Of a stretch of DNA of 64,000 nt, positions 1-13,375 are shown in pieces. The stretch spans positions 4,092,001 to 4,156,000 of the forward strand of contig JAWMAR010000199.1 of NCBI GenBank assembly GCA_036785375.1, written 5' to 3'. The stretch comes from Leucoraja ocellata. Its lineage: Eukaryota. The position numbers and the translations under genes are program-made. The notes beneath the pieces are model-generated. The model made no database searches. It saw only the letters and a list, made by a program, of their open reading frames with translations, and had not been told where the DNA came from. Within the stretch, counting starts at the first letter, position 1. Each line of letters starts with the position of its first letter.

Positions 1-324
1 GATCTCAACTCTTCTTCTGTGCCAATTCCCCATTTCCCTCAACCAATGACCCTTCAAAAATCCATCCACCTCCACTTTAAATATTTGTAATAAGTCGGCT
101 CCACAACTCTCTGGGATAAAGAATTCCAGAAACTCAGTACTTTCTGCGAGAAGAAATGTCTGTGTCTCAGTTATAAATCACCTGTCGCTTACAAGCATGT
201 ACCAGCGATCAAGACTCTCCCACTGGTGGCAACATCTCAACGTCTACCCTGTCACCTTCTTGTTTATCTCAATAAGATCATAACTCATTGGACTCTTTGA
301 TCTAAAGACGATTTGATTTGTATC

Positions 325-835
325 TTTTAGGTTTAGGTTTATTATTGTCACATGTATCGAGGTACAGTGGAAAGTTGTCTGTTGCAAACTATCCAACCAG
401 ATCAGACTCACCAGCAGTTCCTTCCTTCCTTCACCAACCGTACTTAAATACAATCGTCAAACTCAAATACAACAGTCAGAGCAAAGGGGAAGATAGAGTG
501 CAGAATATAGTTCTCAGCATTGTAGTGCATCAGTTCCAGACACAAAGTCCAATGTCCACAATGGGCTAGAGGTGACTCAGACGTTCAGAAGCCTGACAAC
601 AGAGGGGAAGAAGCTGTTCCTAAGTCTGGAGGTGCACACTCTCATGTTTCTGTACCTTCTGTCTAATGGGAGCAGGGAGAAGGAATAACTGGGTTGGGAC
701 AGATCTTTGATGATGTTGGCTGCTTTTCCCAGGCACATGGATGGAGTCACTAGTGGGGAGTCTAGTGTGAGTGATGGACTGGGCCACATCCCATGTAGGG
801 TCATGATCATGTATAGCTGATGTAGGCAACAACGT
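325..835 (-). mobile_element. Rex1/Babar-type LINE 3' fragment
   Basis: Minus ORF 577-840 ends GKAANIIKDLSQPSYSFSLLPLDRRYRNMRVCTSRLRNSFFPSVVRLLN, the typical Rex1/Babar ORF C-terminus. The 3' UTR ends in aataataaac(ctaaa)n. Confidence 0.75.
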
Positions 836-920
836 AACAATGGTTACAAAATTGTACAGAGACCTTGTACCCTTTTACTTTACTGTGCAATGTAATGACA
901 AAAGGTCGTGGTCGCTACTT

Positions 921-2758
921 TGGTGAGTCCAGTCGATTGAGTAAAGTAAGACAATGAAGCGATCTGGCTGTTTAGAACAGCAGAAAATACGAAGCTGCTT
1001 CTAACAGGGTGGAGTTTGAATGAATGCTATACAAAACCCCACGAAAACATTCCCGTGCCAGCCATTATATCGAGGGTTTGTGATGCCCCAGGCCACCACT
1101 AGGTGCCGCTACAGGACCACCCCCCCCCCCCCCAGACCCCGAGGTCCAGAACGGAGCGGGGAACCGGACAAGGCCTCGGACCGAGTGGACACAAGGGACA
1201 GGACGGGCCATACAAGTGGGACTGGTGAAACAGAGCCAGGAAACGGTAACGGTGCAGGGGAAACAGGCACAACAGGTGCGGACGGACTCTACGCCGGGGT
1301 TGAGCCACCACCACCGGGCTATCGACATCCAGGTGGGCGTGCTTGAGGCGAGCGACCGAGACGATCTCCTCCTTGCCCCCGACATCCAACAGGAAAGTCG
1401 CGACGCCAGCACAGCCAGGAGGGCAGGGCAGGACAGAGTATCGGCAACCATGTTGAGCTTACCGGCCACGTGCTGGACGTCCGTGGTGAATTCAGACACG
1501 AACGCCAGGTGCCGCTGCATCCGGGCAGATCAGGGGTCAGACATCTTGGCCAAGGCGAACGTCAGGGGCTTGTGGTCAGTGAAGGACGTGAACGGCCTGC
1601 CCTCCAGAAAATACCGAAAACGGCAGACAGCCAGGTATAGGGCGAGGAGCTCCCGGTCGAAGGCGCTGTAACTGCGCTCCGGGGGCCGCAGATGACGGCT
1701 GAAAAAGGCAAGCAGCCATCGATGAGCTACTCGAGCGCCCCTCCAACAGCCGTGTCAGAGGCGTCTACCATGAGGGCCATCGGAGCAGCGGCCCGCGGGT
1801 GTACCAGCATGGTGGCTTTGGCCAACGCCTCCGTCACACCATCGAACGCAGCCACGGCCTCGGCTGTCCACACGAGGTCCTGTGGTTTACCAGCGAGCAC
1901 TGAAACAAAGGCCGCATGACCCTGGCAGTCTCCGGCACGAAACAATGGTAAAAGTTCACCGTGCCGACAAACTCCTGCAGCCCCTTGATGGTGAGCGGCC
2001 GAGGGAACTAGCCGCGGACCAGGTCCACCTTGGAAAAAAAGCTGCAGGGGGTCAGCGAAGTCCGATCCAGCGAGGAGCAGGCGGATGTCGTCAGGCATCT
2101 GCTCTAGGAAGGCCTGCTCAAACCGGTGGCCATCCATCAGAGCGAGCATCTCACTCATGAGTGCGAATGGCTTCCAATCTCCGAGGCCGTCTATGTGGAG
2201 CAGGCGGTGGCGCGATCGCAGCTGCTGAGCCCAAACGTGCGGAGCAGCCGGGCCTTGAGGCCCTCGTACTTGCTGTAGGATCCTACAGGTGGGGCAGCAA
2301 CCAGGTGGCCGTCTCTTGGCTAAGTGCCCCGACCCACGTAGAAATATCAGCTGGTGTCCACGACGATATTTCTAAGTTGGAATTGGACCTCAATGTGGGT
2401 GAATCACACTTGAGGCTGCTCCGCCCAGAAAACGGGCAGTTTCAGGCCCACAGCATTTGGCTGGGGTAGCTTGGCATCGGGGTTAGAGGCGGCTTGCATG
2501 GTCGAAGTCCGAATAAATGACCGGACTGACGGGGTCACCACTTTGGTGAGTCGAGTCGATTGAGTAAAGTAAGATTCTTTATTTTGAACGAGAATAAAGT
2601 GATTTACTCAAACGCCAAAAATACGAAGCTCCTTCTAACAGGTTGGAGCTTGAATAAATTTATACAAAAGTCTGCGAAAACACTCCCGCCATCACATGAC
2701 TGCGCCAGCCAAGAGCGAGGGTTCGTGATGCCCCAAGCCACCAGTAGGTGCCGCTACA
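921..2758 (-). mobile_element. Internally deleted Gypsy/Ty3 LTR retrotransposon
   Basis: LTRs at 2544-2758 and 921-1113 (minus strand TGTAGCGGCACC...CTCACCA). PBS TGGTGACCCCG at 2530-2540 is tRNA-Trp-like. G-rich PPT at about 1114-1133. Disrupted gag (KLPVFWAEQPQV), RT end/RNase H (MVDASDTAVGGALE, YSAFDRELLA, FTDHKPL, NMVADTLS) and integrase tail (VSVARLKHAH). Confidence 0.9.
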
Positions 2759-3644
2759 CTACATAACTTGAATGCAGTGCAGACTATGCACCTTCACCCT
2801 GGAACAATGCAATGCCAAACATCATATCATTCTCCTCTGTCTACAATGATGCCAGGGCACAATGAACATTCAAATATTTGTCAGGTTCAGACTGGGAGAG
2901 AGAAGGTCTCTGCTGAGCAGTTTGTTCAGCGATGTTAGATAAAGAGATCTTGTCAACGTGGACCTTGACATCTACATCTGCCGCTAATCCCAGTTATTTT
3001 TAACACACGGTAGGGGAGCCTGAATTCTATGTTTAGCATTTGAGCCTTTCCAATACACGCTGCTATTACTCATCTTTGTAACCGTCTGTCAGCAAGGATT
3101 GAGAAAATTGCTCTCGTTACTCACTGCGTTTCTGAGAGAGCTGTGAATATTCTATGATGATGGAGAAGCACAGAGCTGCTGCCTGTCCCACTGACTTACT
3201 CCAGCATTTTATGTCTATCTTCGATTTAAACCAGCATCTGCTGCTCTTTCCTGCACATTTAGTCTACCCAGGCTGCTTGTATCCACACAAGTGGGCAGGC
3301 GGCAGCTATTTCTGTCCAGGGTCCATCCTTAGACACAGTTCCTACTGACTTTCTCCGGCTGCAGTCTGCCAGCTCTGTAATTTACAGGGGATGTCACAGT
3401 TTTGGTTTCTCAGACTCACCGAGTCACGGACATGGATGGACTTTGTCCACCATGTCACCCAACGTCTGGGGCAACTCTGAAGAGAGCTGTTCCTCTCGGT
3501 CCCAGTCGCTGGAGAACCCCAAGCCACAGTACAAAATATCTTATTTATTGATCGCAAACTGGATGATGACTTCAACAAATCAAACTGAATTTTGAACCAA
3601 AAAATAACTTTAGATAATTAAGATAAATGAATGAACATTTTATC

Positions 3645-4425
3645 ATGACAAAGTATTGCATTTTGGGATGTCGAACAAGGGCAGGACCTACACAGTAAAG
3701 GGTAGGCCTCTGGGTAGTGTTGTAGAGTAGAGGGATCTAGGAGTACAGGTGCATGGTTCCTTTAAGGTTGAGTCGTAGGTGGTCAAAAAGGCTTTTGTCA
3801 CATTCGCCTTCATCAGTCAGAGCTTCATCAGTCAGAGTATTGAGTATAGAAGTTGGGAGGTCATGTTGCAGTTGTATAAGATGTTGGTGAGACCGCATTT
3901 AGAATATTCAGTTCTGGGCACCATGTTATGGGAAATATATTGTCAAACTTGAAAGGGTTCAGAAAAGATTTACAAGGATGTTGCCAGGACTAGAGGGTGT
4001 GAGCTATAGGCTGAGGTTGAGTAGGCTGGGTCTCTATTCCATGGAGCGTAGGAGGATGAGGGGAGATCTTAGCAAGGTATACAAAACCATGAAAGAAATA
4101 GATCGGGTAGATGCACAGAGTCTTTTGCCCAGAGTTGGGGAATCGAGGACCAGAGGACATAGGTTCAAGGTGAATGGGGAACGATTTAACATGGATTTCC
4201 ACACAAAGGTTTGTGGGTGTATGGAACGAGCTGCCAGAGGAGGTAGTTGAGGTTGGGACTATCCCATGTTTAAAAAACGGTTAGACAGGTACATGGATAG
4301 GACATGTTTGGAGGGATATGGACCAAGCACAGGCAAGTGGGACTAGTGTAGCTGGGACATTGTTGGCCGGTGTGGACAAGTTGGGCCAAAGGGCCTGTTT
4401 CCACGCCGTATCACTCTATGACTCT
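3645..4425 (+). mobile_element. CR1/HER1-type LINE 3' fragment
   Basis: ORF 3978-4250 (MLPGLEGVSYRLRLSRLGLYSMERRRMRGDL..VYK..TRGHRFKV) is the CR1 ORF2 C-terminus. The 3' tail reads gggccaaagggcctgtttcc..actctatgactct. Confidence 0.85.
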
Positions 4426-7400
4426 CTACAAGATAAATATCAAAGGCAAACCTTGGGAATTTGTGGGAAGTTACGCATTTAGGAGATGATAGCAAGACAA
4501 AAGTTTACATTAATTCATCACACACATGCCACCCAATCAGGAATTAGAGTAAGATTATGAAACGTGCCGACATTGTAAGTTATAGGAACAGAATTAGACC
4601 ATTCGGCCCATCAATGCATGCATTCCAATTGGAGTAGGCAGATGTTGCGTTACTGAGCAGCAACTTGGTGTAAAATACCAATGGTTCTCAGTAGAGTACG
4701 GAGAGCTGGAGCTGTCTGTCCACTGTTGGGCTGGGAACATTCTGGTGAATGGGCATGAGGTTAAACCCAGCGCAGGATAATGAGTCCAGTCATTTGTATG
4801 AAGTGTAATGGCTGCAGGGACAAGGTAGATGTAAGGTCGTTGACATGTTTTGGATTAAGTGTCTTCATGTAAACTAAGTTTATTATTGAAATAACCTGAG
4901 TAATTTAAAAAATATATATATATTAATTAGATTAGACATAATTCTCAATGTCAGGGACAGTCAGATCTTTATCCAACTGGTTTAAGCCAACATAAACAGC
5001 ATGACTCTGATGCTGAACAATCTAATCTGTTCCCAGTGGGGACACAAGAGACTGGTGTAACTCAGTGGGTCAGGCTGCATCTTTGAAGGGAATGGACAGG
5101 AAAGTTTCGGATCGAGATCCTTCTTCACTTTGTCCAGGAGATTGAAACTGTCAGCGCAGGGCTGGGGAATGATAAGGTTAAAGGCTGTGCAGTGGAGATT
5201 GCCAGAATCTAGAAGGGTCCTGGTGAATAGAACAGTCTACATCACAGACAATCATGGTCAGGTTTCACAGATTGCTCTGAATGAATGGTCCTTGTGGCTG
5301 GAGTCTGGCAAAAGAACGCACATTCACAAGATGAAGATCAGCAAATTGATGAAGATGTTCTCCATACAATATTTATAATTCACAGTTCATAAATTCATGT
5401 GATAGGAGTAAAATGAGGCCATTTGACCCATCAGACTCTACTCTGCCATTCAATCATAGCTGATCAATCTCTCCCTCCTAACCCCATTCTCCTGCCTTCT
5501 CCATAGTTGACTGTGACGGTGAATGGCAGTAGATGCTTGTTTGCTGTATATTTCACAGCAGACATTGAACGAGGAAATCAGAAATATGTGAGAATACACA
5601 GGGTGTAGTTTTGGAAATCGCCGGTGATAACAAGGTTACAGTCAATGCAACTTTAAACTAAAATAAAGCTAAATTTGCTGCATTCACGAAATTCTCGAAT
5701 GCGGTGTCGGAGCAAACCGTGGGGTTATTTAATGAGGCGCTTTCAAAATATTCAATTGAGTACAGTGGACTTGAGCTGCTGAGTATATTGATGGGACTAT
5801 TGAGCTAAAGGTGACGTAATGAGACTTGTGTGTCAGCAGGTAATTTGAATTGAATTTTCTCCCCGTAAGCAAGTGGTTTGCAAGATAAATATGTCAGTCT
5901 GACCCTGGCTGCCTAATCTGTAGAAACTGCACAGCTTGCTGGAACCAGAATGTTAAACTATTCTCTATCAATTATGTGTAAGAATGAACTGCAGATCCTG
6001 GTTTAAACCGAAGATAGACACAAAATACTGGAGTAACTCATCGGGACAGGCAGCTTCTCTGGAGAGAAGGAATGGGTGATGTTTCGGGTCAAGACCCTTC
6101 TTCTATTATGTCCTGGCCTCCCATAGCACAGTGAGTGAGATTAGAATAAAGATGACCAGGAACAATGGGAATAGTGGCCTTTGGCACTTCTATTGTAGGC
6201 ATGGATGTTACAGCATTAAAATGGGCCATTCAGCCCCTCTACTCTGTGGTGGCACTCAAGTCTCAAATATGCCCCCTCTCACCCATCTTCACCCAACTCA
6301 ACATGGCCTTCCATCCATATTCTCTCTTGTAACAACAGGAGAAATTAGGTGGAGAAGACCACTCGGCCCCATCAACATGGGATAGGATGATCATCTTAAT
6401 CCCAATTCTTTGTTGAAGGGCAGTGGCTGAGGTTGAATGAAGAAGAAGGGTCTCGACCCGAAAAGTCACCTATTCCTTCTCTCCAGAGAAGCTACCTGTC
6501 CCGCTGAGTTACTCCAGCATTTTGTGTCTCCTTTCATCAGGTATTAATGACTACATGGTGGTTATTTCCATATTATACTATCTTTTGTTCATTTAGGCCA
6601 TTTATGAAAGTCAGAACATTTGTGAGGAATGTCCAAATGTGGGTTTCTGCAACATTTCCCCCAAATTCATGACTGAAAACTGGAAGCATAAATTGGCAAA
6701 ATCTACCTCCAAAAATAAACCACTGCTTCCACTTTCCCATTTATTCTTCTTCATTATGATTTATTTTCTGTGCACAAGCATCAAGGATCTGCAGTAAATG
6801 ATGCAGTTTCTCATTTCTTAATTAAAATAGAAAAAAATGAATCCTCTCCTTAATGATATTCTGTCATTGCTAAGATGTGTACTTAATTGGCTGGTAAAAA
6901 GTGTGATATTCTCCTTGGCCATATGTAATATAATGAATCAAATATGTTTGTTACATTTTAATGCAACATTGGACAGTGCTAATGGAAGCTGCTGATAATG
7001 ATCTAACATGTTGTTCCACTGTTGAAACAAGTTGTTGAGCATCTATTCATTTACCATCTTATCAGAACTATTTACCTGTAGCAAGATGACATGTCAGTAG
7101 AACATCTTCAGATTTTGTTTCTCAAAACTCCAACACAAATGTTCACACCTGGCCATAAAATTAATGTATTGTATAATTAGATAATTAGAATTGTGGTGTT
7201 TCTGGTATTTTTGTTTATACCTCTCAGATTGTCTACACAAATTGTCATGCTCTTTTGGCATCTGCTGTGGGACTCTTCCACAGTAAATCTTCCACAGTAA
7301 AGCTGGCTGTCAACTGGTGATAGGCTTGTATGAGGCAGGTTAAGCATTGAGTTCCAGGATGAGATCTCTGACCATGGGATGTTTCTTTTTATAACCTGGT

Positions 7401-7924
7401 GGTGAGCCATCCATTGTAACCTGTACAGTCCATGTGATGAAAACACTCCCACAGTGTGGATTTAGTCATCTCACCTGGGACAATGGAGGACCAGTCTACA
7501 TTTCCCAATCACACGATACTGGAGAACGTGCACAACTCTTGCCCACAGCGCCTTGGGGATCAATTGTGAATTTGGACAAACTGCAGAAACTGCAACAGTG
7601 ATGGAGAGAATAATGGTAAATAAGATGCCCTGTCAAAGAGCCACTGTGAATGGGAAGGCACTGAGCTGCTTGGCAAGAGAAGATGAGAACATTCTACCAT
7701 GTTGTCAGAGGGGGCTGTTATTGTGGGTCTGATATTTGGAAGATGAGGCTCCATTGACCTGTTGTTTCTCAGAACCTCCTGCGCTCACAGCGGGTACAGT
7801 TCTTGTTGAGAATAAGACTAATTATGACATTAATTGTAAAGGTATTGTGTTCTGGATCTCCTACCAATGTGTCTTCTTTCTTCTGATAGTGAGCATCACC
7901 AGATCATTCACAATCTGCGTGTGA

Positions 7925-8107
7925 TTTTAGCTTTAGACTTTACAGATACAGCATGGAAATAGGCCCTTCGGCCCACCGAGTCTGTGCCTACCAGCGATTA
8001 ACCTGCACACTAACACTATCCTACACACTGGGGACAATTTACATTGTACAGAAGCCCATTAACCTACAAACCTGCACGTCTTTGGAGTGTGGGAGGAAAC
8101 CGGAGCA
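7925..8107 (-). mobile_element. HE1-like V-SINE, 3' half
   Basis: Reverse complement of the body and CR1-like tail of the full copy at 32943-33253. Truncated where the adjacent Rex1 fragment begins. Confidence 0.8.
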
Positions 8108-8754
8108 CCATTAAGAAAGGACAACAACGCCTATATTTCCTCAGACAGCTCAAAAAGTTCAGAGTCCATAAACACCTCCTGGTCCATTTCTATCAATCCA
8201 TCATTGAAAGCATCTTCACCTCCTCAATCACAGTCTGGTACAGAAACACTGACAGTCACTCACTACACAGAATACAGCGCATTGTCTCCAAGGCCTCCAG
8301 GATCATCAACTCCCCCCTCCCCTCAATCCATTCCATTTACCTCCAACGTACCTCAAAACGGGCAATAAAGATCATCTCGGACCCCTCCCATCCAGCAAAC
8401 CACCTTTTCCAGTCTCTCCCTTCAGGGAGGCGCCTCAGGTCACTTGCTACAAAATCCACCCACTTTAAAAACAGTTTCTTCCCCTCAGCAATAAGAACAC
8501 TCAATTCCCTCCAATAACAGACAATATTAAGGACTTCTGATGTATACAGTGTCTTGTCTATGGTCTTTGTCTGTTCTTTTGCACTATATATTGTTGATGA
8601 GATTTGTGATTTGTGTTGTGGTATGGATGAACTTTATTACTGTGATCTGTGTTGTTATTAGTGTTAATGTGACTAAAGCAGTGTACCATCATGTACCGAA
8701 CCCACATACCACCAACCCTGGTCGCCTGGCAAATAAACATTCTATTCTATTCTA
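8108..8754 (+). mobile_element. Rex1/Babar-type LINE, 5'-truncated, intact 3' ORF segment
   Basis: Uninterrupted IKKGQQRLYFLRQLKKF...FYQSIIESIFTSSITVWY...DPSHPANHLFQSLPSGRRLRS...FKNSFFPSAIRTLN to the stop at 8517, then 3' UTR, aataaac and an (attct)n tail. Confidence 0.88.
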
Positions 8755-9347
8755 TGTCAGGAATTCCCAGCAACTTGGTCACAGCCAATATAACCAGAGC
8801 ATCAAATGCTGCACCTCACCACATCTGTCTCATATTATCTGCTGAACAAGATCATGGAAGCTTCAATTGATCTTTCCTTATTGCAGGAGTAATATGTTCA
8901 GGTACATTTACCTGTCACACCTGGTTTATTGGCAGCAAGGTGTGGTGAGAGACAAAGTCATTAAAATTAACGGATTTCAATTAGTGTGACAGTGGGAAAC
9001 AGATTTCAATGCATGGAAGATGTGTACCAATGGGGAAATTAATCAGCTTTGACACCGACTTTCATTTAAATCTCCACATGTCCTTAACTGGCAAGGCAAT
9101 TCTTTTTATACCTTGTCTGCTACATTTTTCACCCTGGCTGCACAGAAACATCGAGGAGTTTCAGCTGAAATGTGCACTTGTGAAACATTAGAATGTTATT
9201 AGTGCAGATACAAAGTCATTATAGATAACAAAGTAGAAATAGAGAGTGTCTTGCAACCAAACTTTTATGCTGAATGCAGGAGAAGTAAGGTAAAAATATT
9301 TGTCATTACTTCATGAGAATGCAAAGGGTCCAAATTGATTTTTATCA

Positions 9348-10088
9348 TCTTCTATATTACTAAATCTCTGTTCTTGACCGCTTTTGGCCTTGTGTTCTGC
9401 GATTTCCGAGAGAACACCACCACCTACGGCCGTCATTTTTGGCCACCTCGCTCAGAGCCCCCCTCCGCTGCATGTGTGCCGAGGATTTTTCCAGTTGATG
9501 AAAAATGACAGAGATATTAATGTTTTTACGAAATTCCCCATTCTCTCTGCTGCCCCTGCTGGAGGGAGGGGGAGGGACTATAAAACCAGGAAGTGGTGTG
9601 CCTCAATCAGTCTCTGCAAGTGGTGTGCCTCAATCAGAGCTCTGAATAACACTGAACAAATGTCTCCACAGCTGTGAGTACCCATAATGTGGTTTGAAAA
9701 TGAAAATATGGTTAGTTTGAGGAAAAAAGCACTGCCTGCAAATGGTTGTTTGGGTTGAAGTAAAAAGGCACCCTCTCTATCTTTCCCCCCTCCTCTCTCT
9801 CCCTATCCCTCTCTCTTTCTCTCCTCCCCTGTCTCTCTCCCTTTCTCTCTCTCTCACCCCCTCCTCCCCCCATCACCCTCCTCTCCACATCACCCTCCTC
9901 TCCCCATCACTCTCCTCCCCCCCCCCCCTCCCTCTGTGCAAATTAATAATATTAATATAATATCAAGGGGGGTAATTAGCGTGAGTGGGGGGGCGGAGCG
10001 GGGGGGGGATAGTTAGTGTGTGTGATGCTACCCCCCCCTACAACCGCACGTTGGGGGAACAGACCCAACGGGTCTGCACTTGGTCTAG
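9348..10088 (+). mobile_element. Non-autonomous Helitron
   Basis: Begins TCTTCTATATTAC after a host A and ends CTAG before a host T. Subterminal hairpin CAGACCC-aac-GGGTCTG (10060-10076) lies 8 nt before CTAG. No TSD or TIR. Confidence 0.8.
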
Positions 10089-10584
10089 TTTTTTAATAAA
10101 TATTGTTGCCCTCGTCAACCCCCCAATTTGATTCCTGTGTTGGGATCAGTGCTATTAACGCTGTTTAGTCTTCAGTGTCTTGCCCAAAAGGTCTTCCTTG
10201 TTTGTGAGACAAGGTAGACACAAAATGCTGCAGCAACTCAGGACCACAGGCAGCATCTCTGGAGTTACTTCCTACACATTTTGTGAACCAAGGTATTGAG
10301 TCCTGATCACCAGGGCAATTCCCCATAGGACCTGCTGACACATAGCCCTTCCAGCTAGTGATGTCCAAATCATGGAGCTTCCTATATCCATCTGCTCAAC
10401 CAGTCCAACAGCTCTTTCAATGAATTCCCAACATTTTGTCACAACCAAATAAATGTCTTGGAAGAAATGTTATTCACTCTCTCTCCAAGATTGTTCATGG
10501 TAGTATCAACAAGTTTATTTTTCTTGCCAGGAACCTCCAGCATAATCTGGGTGGATAGCAACCTGAGTTATGGCACAGATCTTA

Positions 10585-10833
10585 TAGGAACCTGATGGGT
10601 AACTTTTTCACGCAACGGGTGGTGGGTGTATGGAATGTGCTGCCGGAGGAGATAGTTGAGGCAGGACTATCGCAACATTTAAGAAGCAATTAGACAGGTA
10701 AATGGATAGGACAGGTTTAGAGGTATACGGGCCAAACACAGGCAGGTGGGACATGTTGGTGAGGGTTGGCAAGTTGGGCCAAATGCCCTGTGTCCACACT
10801 GTATGTCAGTCTATGACTATGTCTATGACTCTA
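10585..10833 (+). mobile_element. CR1/HER1 LINE 3' end
   Basis: Same 3' UTR and tail as 4190-4425. Confidence 0.75.
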
Positions 10834-11008
10834 TCCCTGGATGGTAGTTAGGAATGAGAACTATTCTGAATTTCCACTTCACTGGAAGTTGGATTTAAGA
10901 ACTTCCAAATGTGTTTGTTTCTGTTTCAGTGTGTTGTCCAACGAGACCATTGTCTTTAAATTAGAGCTCTGCGTGCAAACATTTATAGGCTGGCTCGGCA
11001 ATGTTATT

Positions 11009-11207
11009 GTAGAAACAAGGAACTGCAGATGCTGGTTTACTGAAAAGGACACAAAGTGTTGGAATAACTCAGCGGGTCAGGCAGAACATGGATAGGTGAC
11101 GTTTTGAGTTGTGATCTTCTGAGTCTGAAGAAGAGTCCCGACCCAAATGTAATTTATCTGTGGCTGCCTCACTCGCTGAATTACTCCAGCACTTTGTGTC
11201 ATTTTCA
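11009..11207. mobile_element. Penelope-derived inverted (fold-back) terminal-repeat insertion
   Basis: Minus and plus copies of the element lie back to back, with a degenerate CTGAAGA core. Flanking direct repeat gcaatgttatt at 10998-11008 and 11208-11218. Confidence 0.7.
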
Positions 11208-13375
11208 GCAATGTTATTCTTTGCTGGATTAGTTCTTATGCTGTTGCAGTGCCCAATGTCTAGACGCCATTACCATGACTGATTTGACTCCATTATAAAA
11301 ATGTCACATTACACTTGCAAATCAGCCTCAGTATGCTTATTGATGGTTGCAAGAAAAACATAATTTAAAGCAGCGTAACTTGCTGGTACGGAATAATTAG
11401 TGGAACCAGACTGTAAGATCTTAATTGTTAGAACAGGGGCATCGTTAGGTCAGTTGAAGGAAACTCCCTTTTACCTGGGAATTTATCTGATATTAGTGGC
11501 AATAATTGGCTTCCTCCCTTTATATTCTATTCTACATTATAGGAAATTACACACATAACAAAACAAGATGACAGCCTGAAAGCAGATGTGCTGTCTGCTA
11601 ATCTTTATTCAAAGTTGCTTAATCAAATCATCTGTGAATTTAAATTGAAGTTGCACAAACACATTTCTATTACTATTAATATCAGTTAAAGGTCTGAAAG
11701 TACTCATCTTATGCCAGCTGTTTCAGCACCACCAATGTTATGTTCCTCATGGAACAATGGAATCCATATATCCATGTCTGTGCCATGCTGTGTAGACTGA
11801 ACCACACAGTAGGGCAGGCACCAACACACCTGACCCCCCCCCCCCCACCTCTGGCTCCCAGTCTGGTCCTGGATCCACATGTACTAACGGCCCACATGCA
11901 CTTCAGATCTGGCCCCTCAGCAGAGTCAACATTGACTGCACAATGAGTCATCGGAGAAGGCAAAGGTTAAACTAACTTTCTCTTGTATTTATCTAATATT
12001 AAATTAATTTTCACCACATAGCGTTAATAATTAAATGTATTATTTTTTTCAATTTTTAATATTAATTATTCCTTTACCGGTCTTTAACTGCTCCTGTAAG
12101 TAGTGGCACTTGGTACCAGATGAAAAGCCTTTGGCAGTGCAGGCTGTCAGAAGGCCTTCAGGGTGGTGCCAGGTGGGTTCAGAATCCTCCGTCTGAGTCT
12201 CCTCTGCATCTCCATCTCCTCCTGGAACCGCTGCAGCAGTGGTTATGGGGGTTTACAGCTTACTGCTCCTTAAGGGAGAAGTCCAACATCAATGCTTGTA
12301 GCATATGCTGATCAACAGCATTTAGCATTTCAAACAAATACAATTTTAATTACAAAGGATATATGCACTATATAAATGCAATTTGTGCATCTTTCAGCTA
12401 TTTTCCATGTCATAGGAGCAGAATTAGGCCATTCAGCCCATCGAATCTACTCCGCCATTCAATCATGGCTGATCTATCTTCTCTCGACCCCATTCTCCTG
12501 TCTCCTCCCAATCTTGACACCCGTACTAATAAAGAACCCTTCCTTTTCAACAAGAGCTTTAACATCATATTTAACATATTTAGTATTCATGTAGATCAAT
12601 TTGAGGAAGGAACTGAGATGCTGGTTTTTCAGTTTGACTTTTGCTATTGTTGGATGTAACGATTCACAAAATAATTAGAATAGTTCTGTACTTGTTCACC
12701 CCACTTGATCTCATCCTTCAGACCAACTTCCCAAGTTAGAATCTAGCTACATCTTAGATGAATGTGGTGCCAGGCCTGCAGCCTATCCTGTTGACAAAAT
12801 TAATGCTTTGTACAATCTGTCTGGAGTCCTAATATTGAACTTGTCTCATCTGAACTGTGGCCCGGTACTTCTAAATAAATCTGCACGTATTCCTTTTATT
12901 CTTGTGTGATGTGCATCAAAAGACCTTTCTAGGCAGGTGGTTTCTCAGGAGCAGAGCTCACTCCCCTAAACACAAACAACCAGTCGTGTCTCATCCTCTG
13001 CTGACCCCTGGGGCTGTCAAACTGCATCATTTGTACTGATGAACTGGTCAACAGTGCTGGAACACTCACATTTATTCTTTGATGCAAGTTGACCTGTGAA
13101 GGAGGTGATTTATGAGGGAAGATTTGATAACCTGCACTGCGTAACCACATACCAGAAAGTACTTTACCATAAGATACATCCATGTGTAATTCAGCTTAAG
13201 ATCATTTCTCCTGAGATATTGTGGGGATAGTGGCTCTATACTCGCTATGGTTCTATGCAGGTTATGCCTGTGGCCCTGACCCGAACCCTAACCCTATGCA
13301 TGTGGTTGAGGAATCTATTGAAATATCTAAGATTGTGAGCAACAGTTTTGATGTAAATGGATCAAAAACTTGTCA

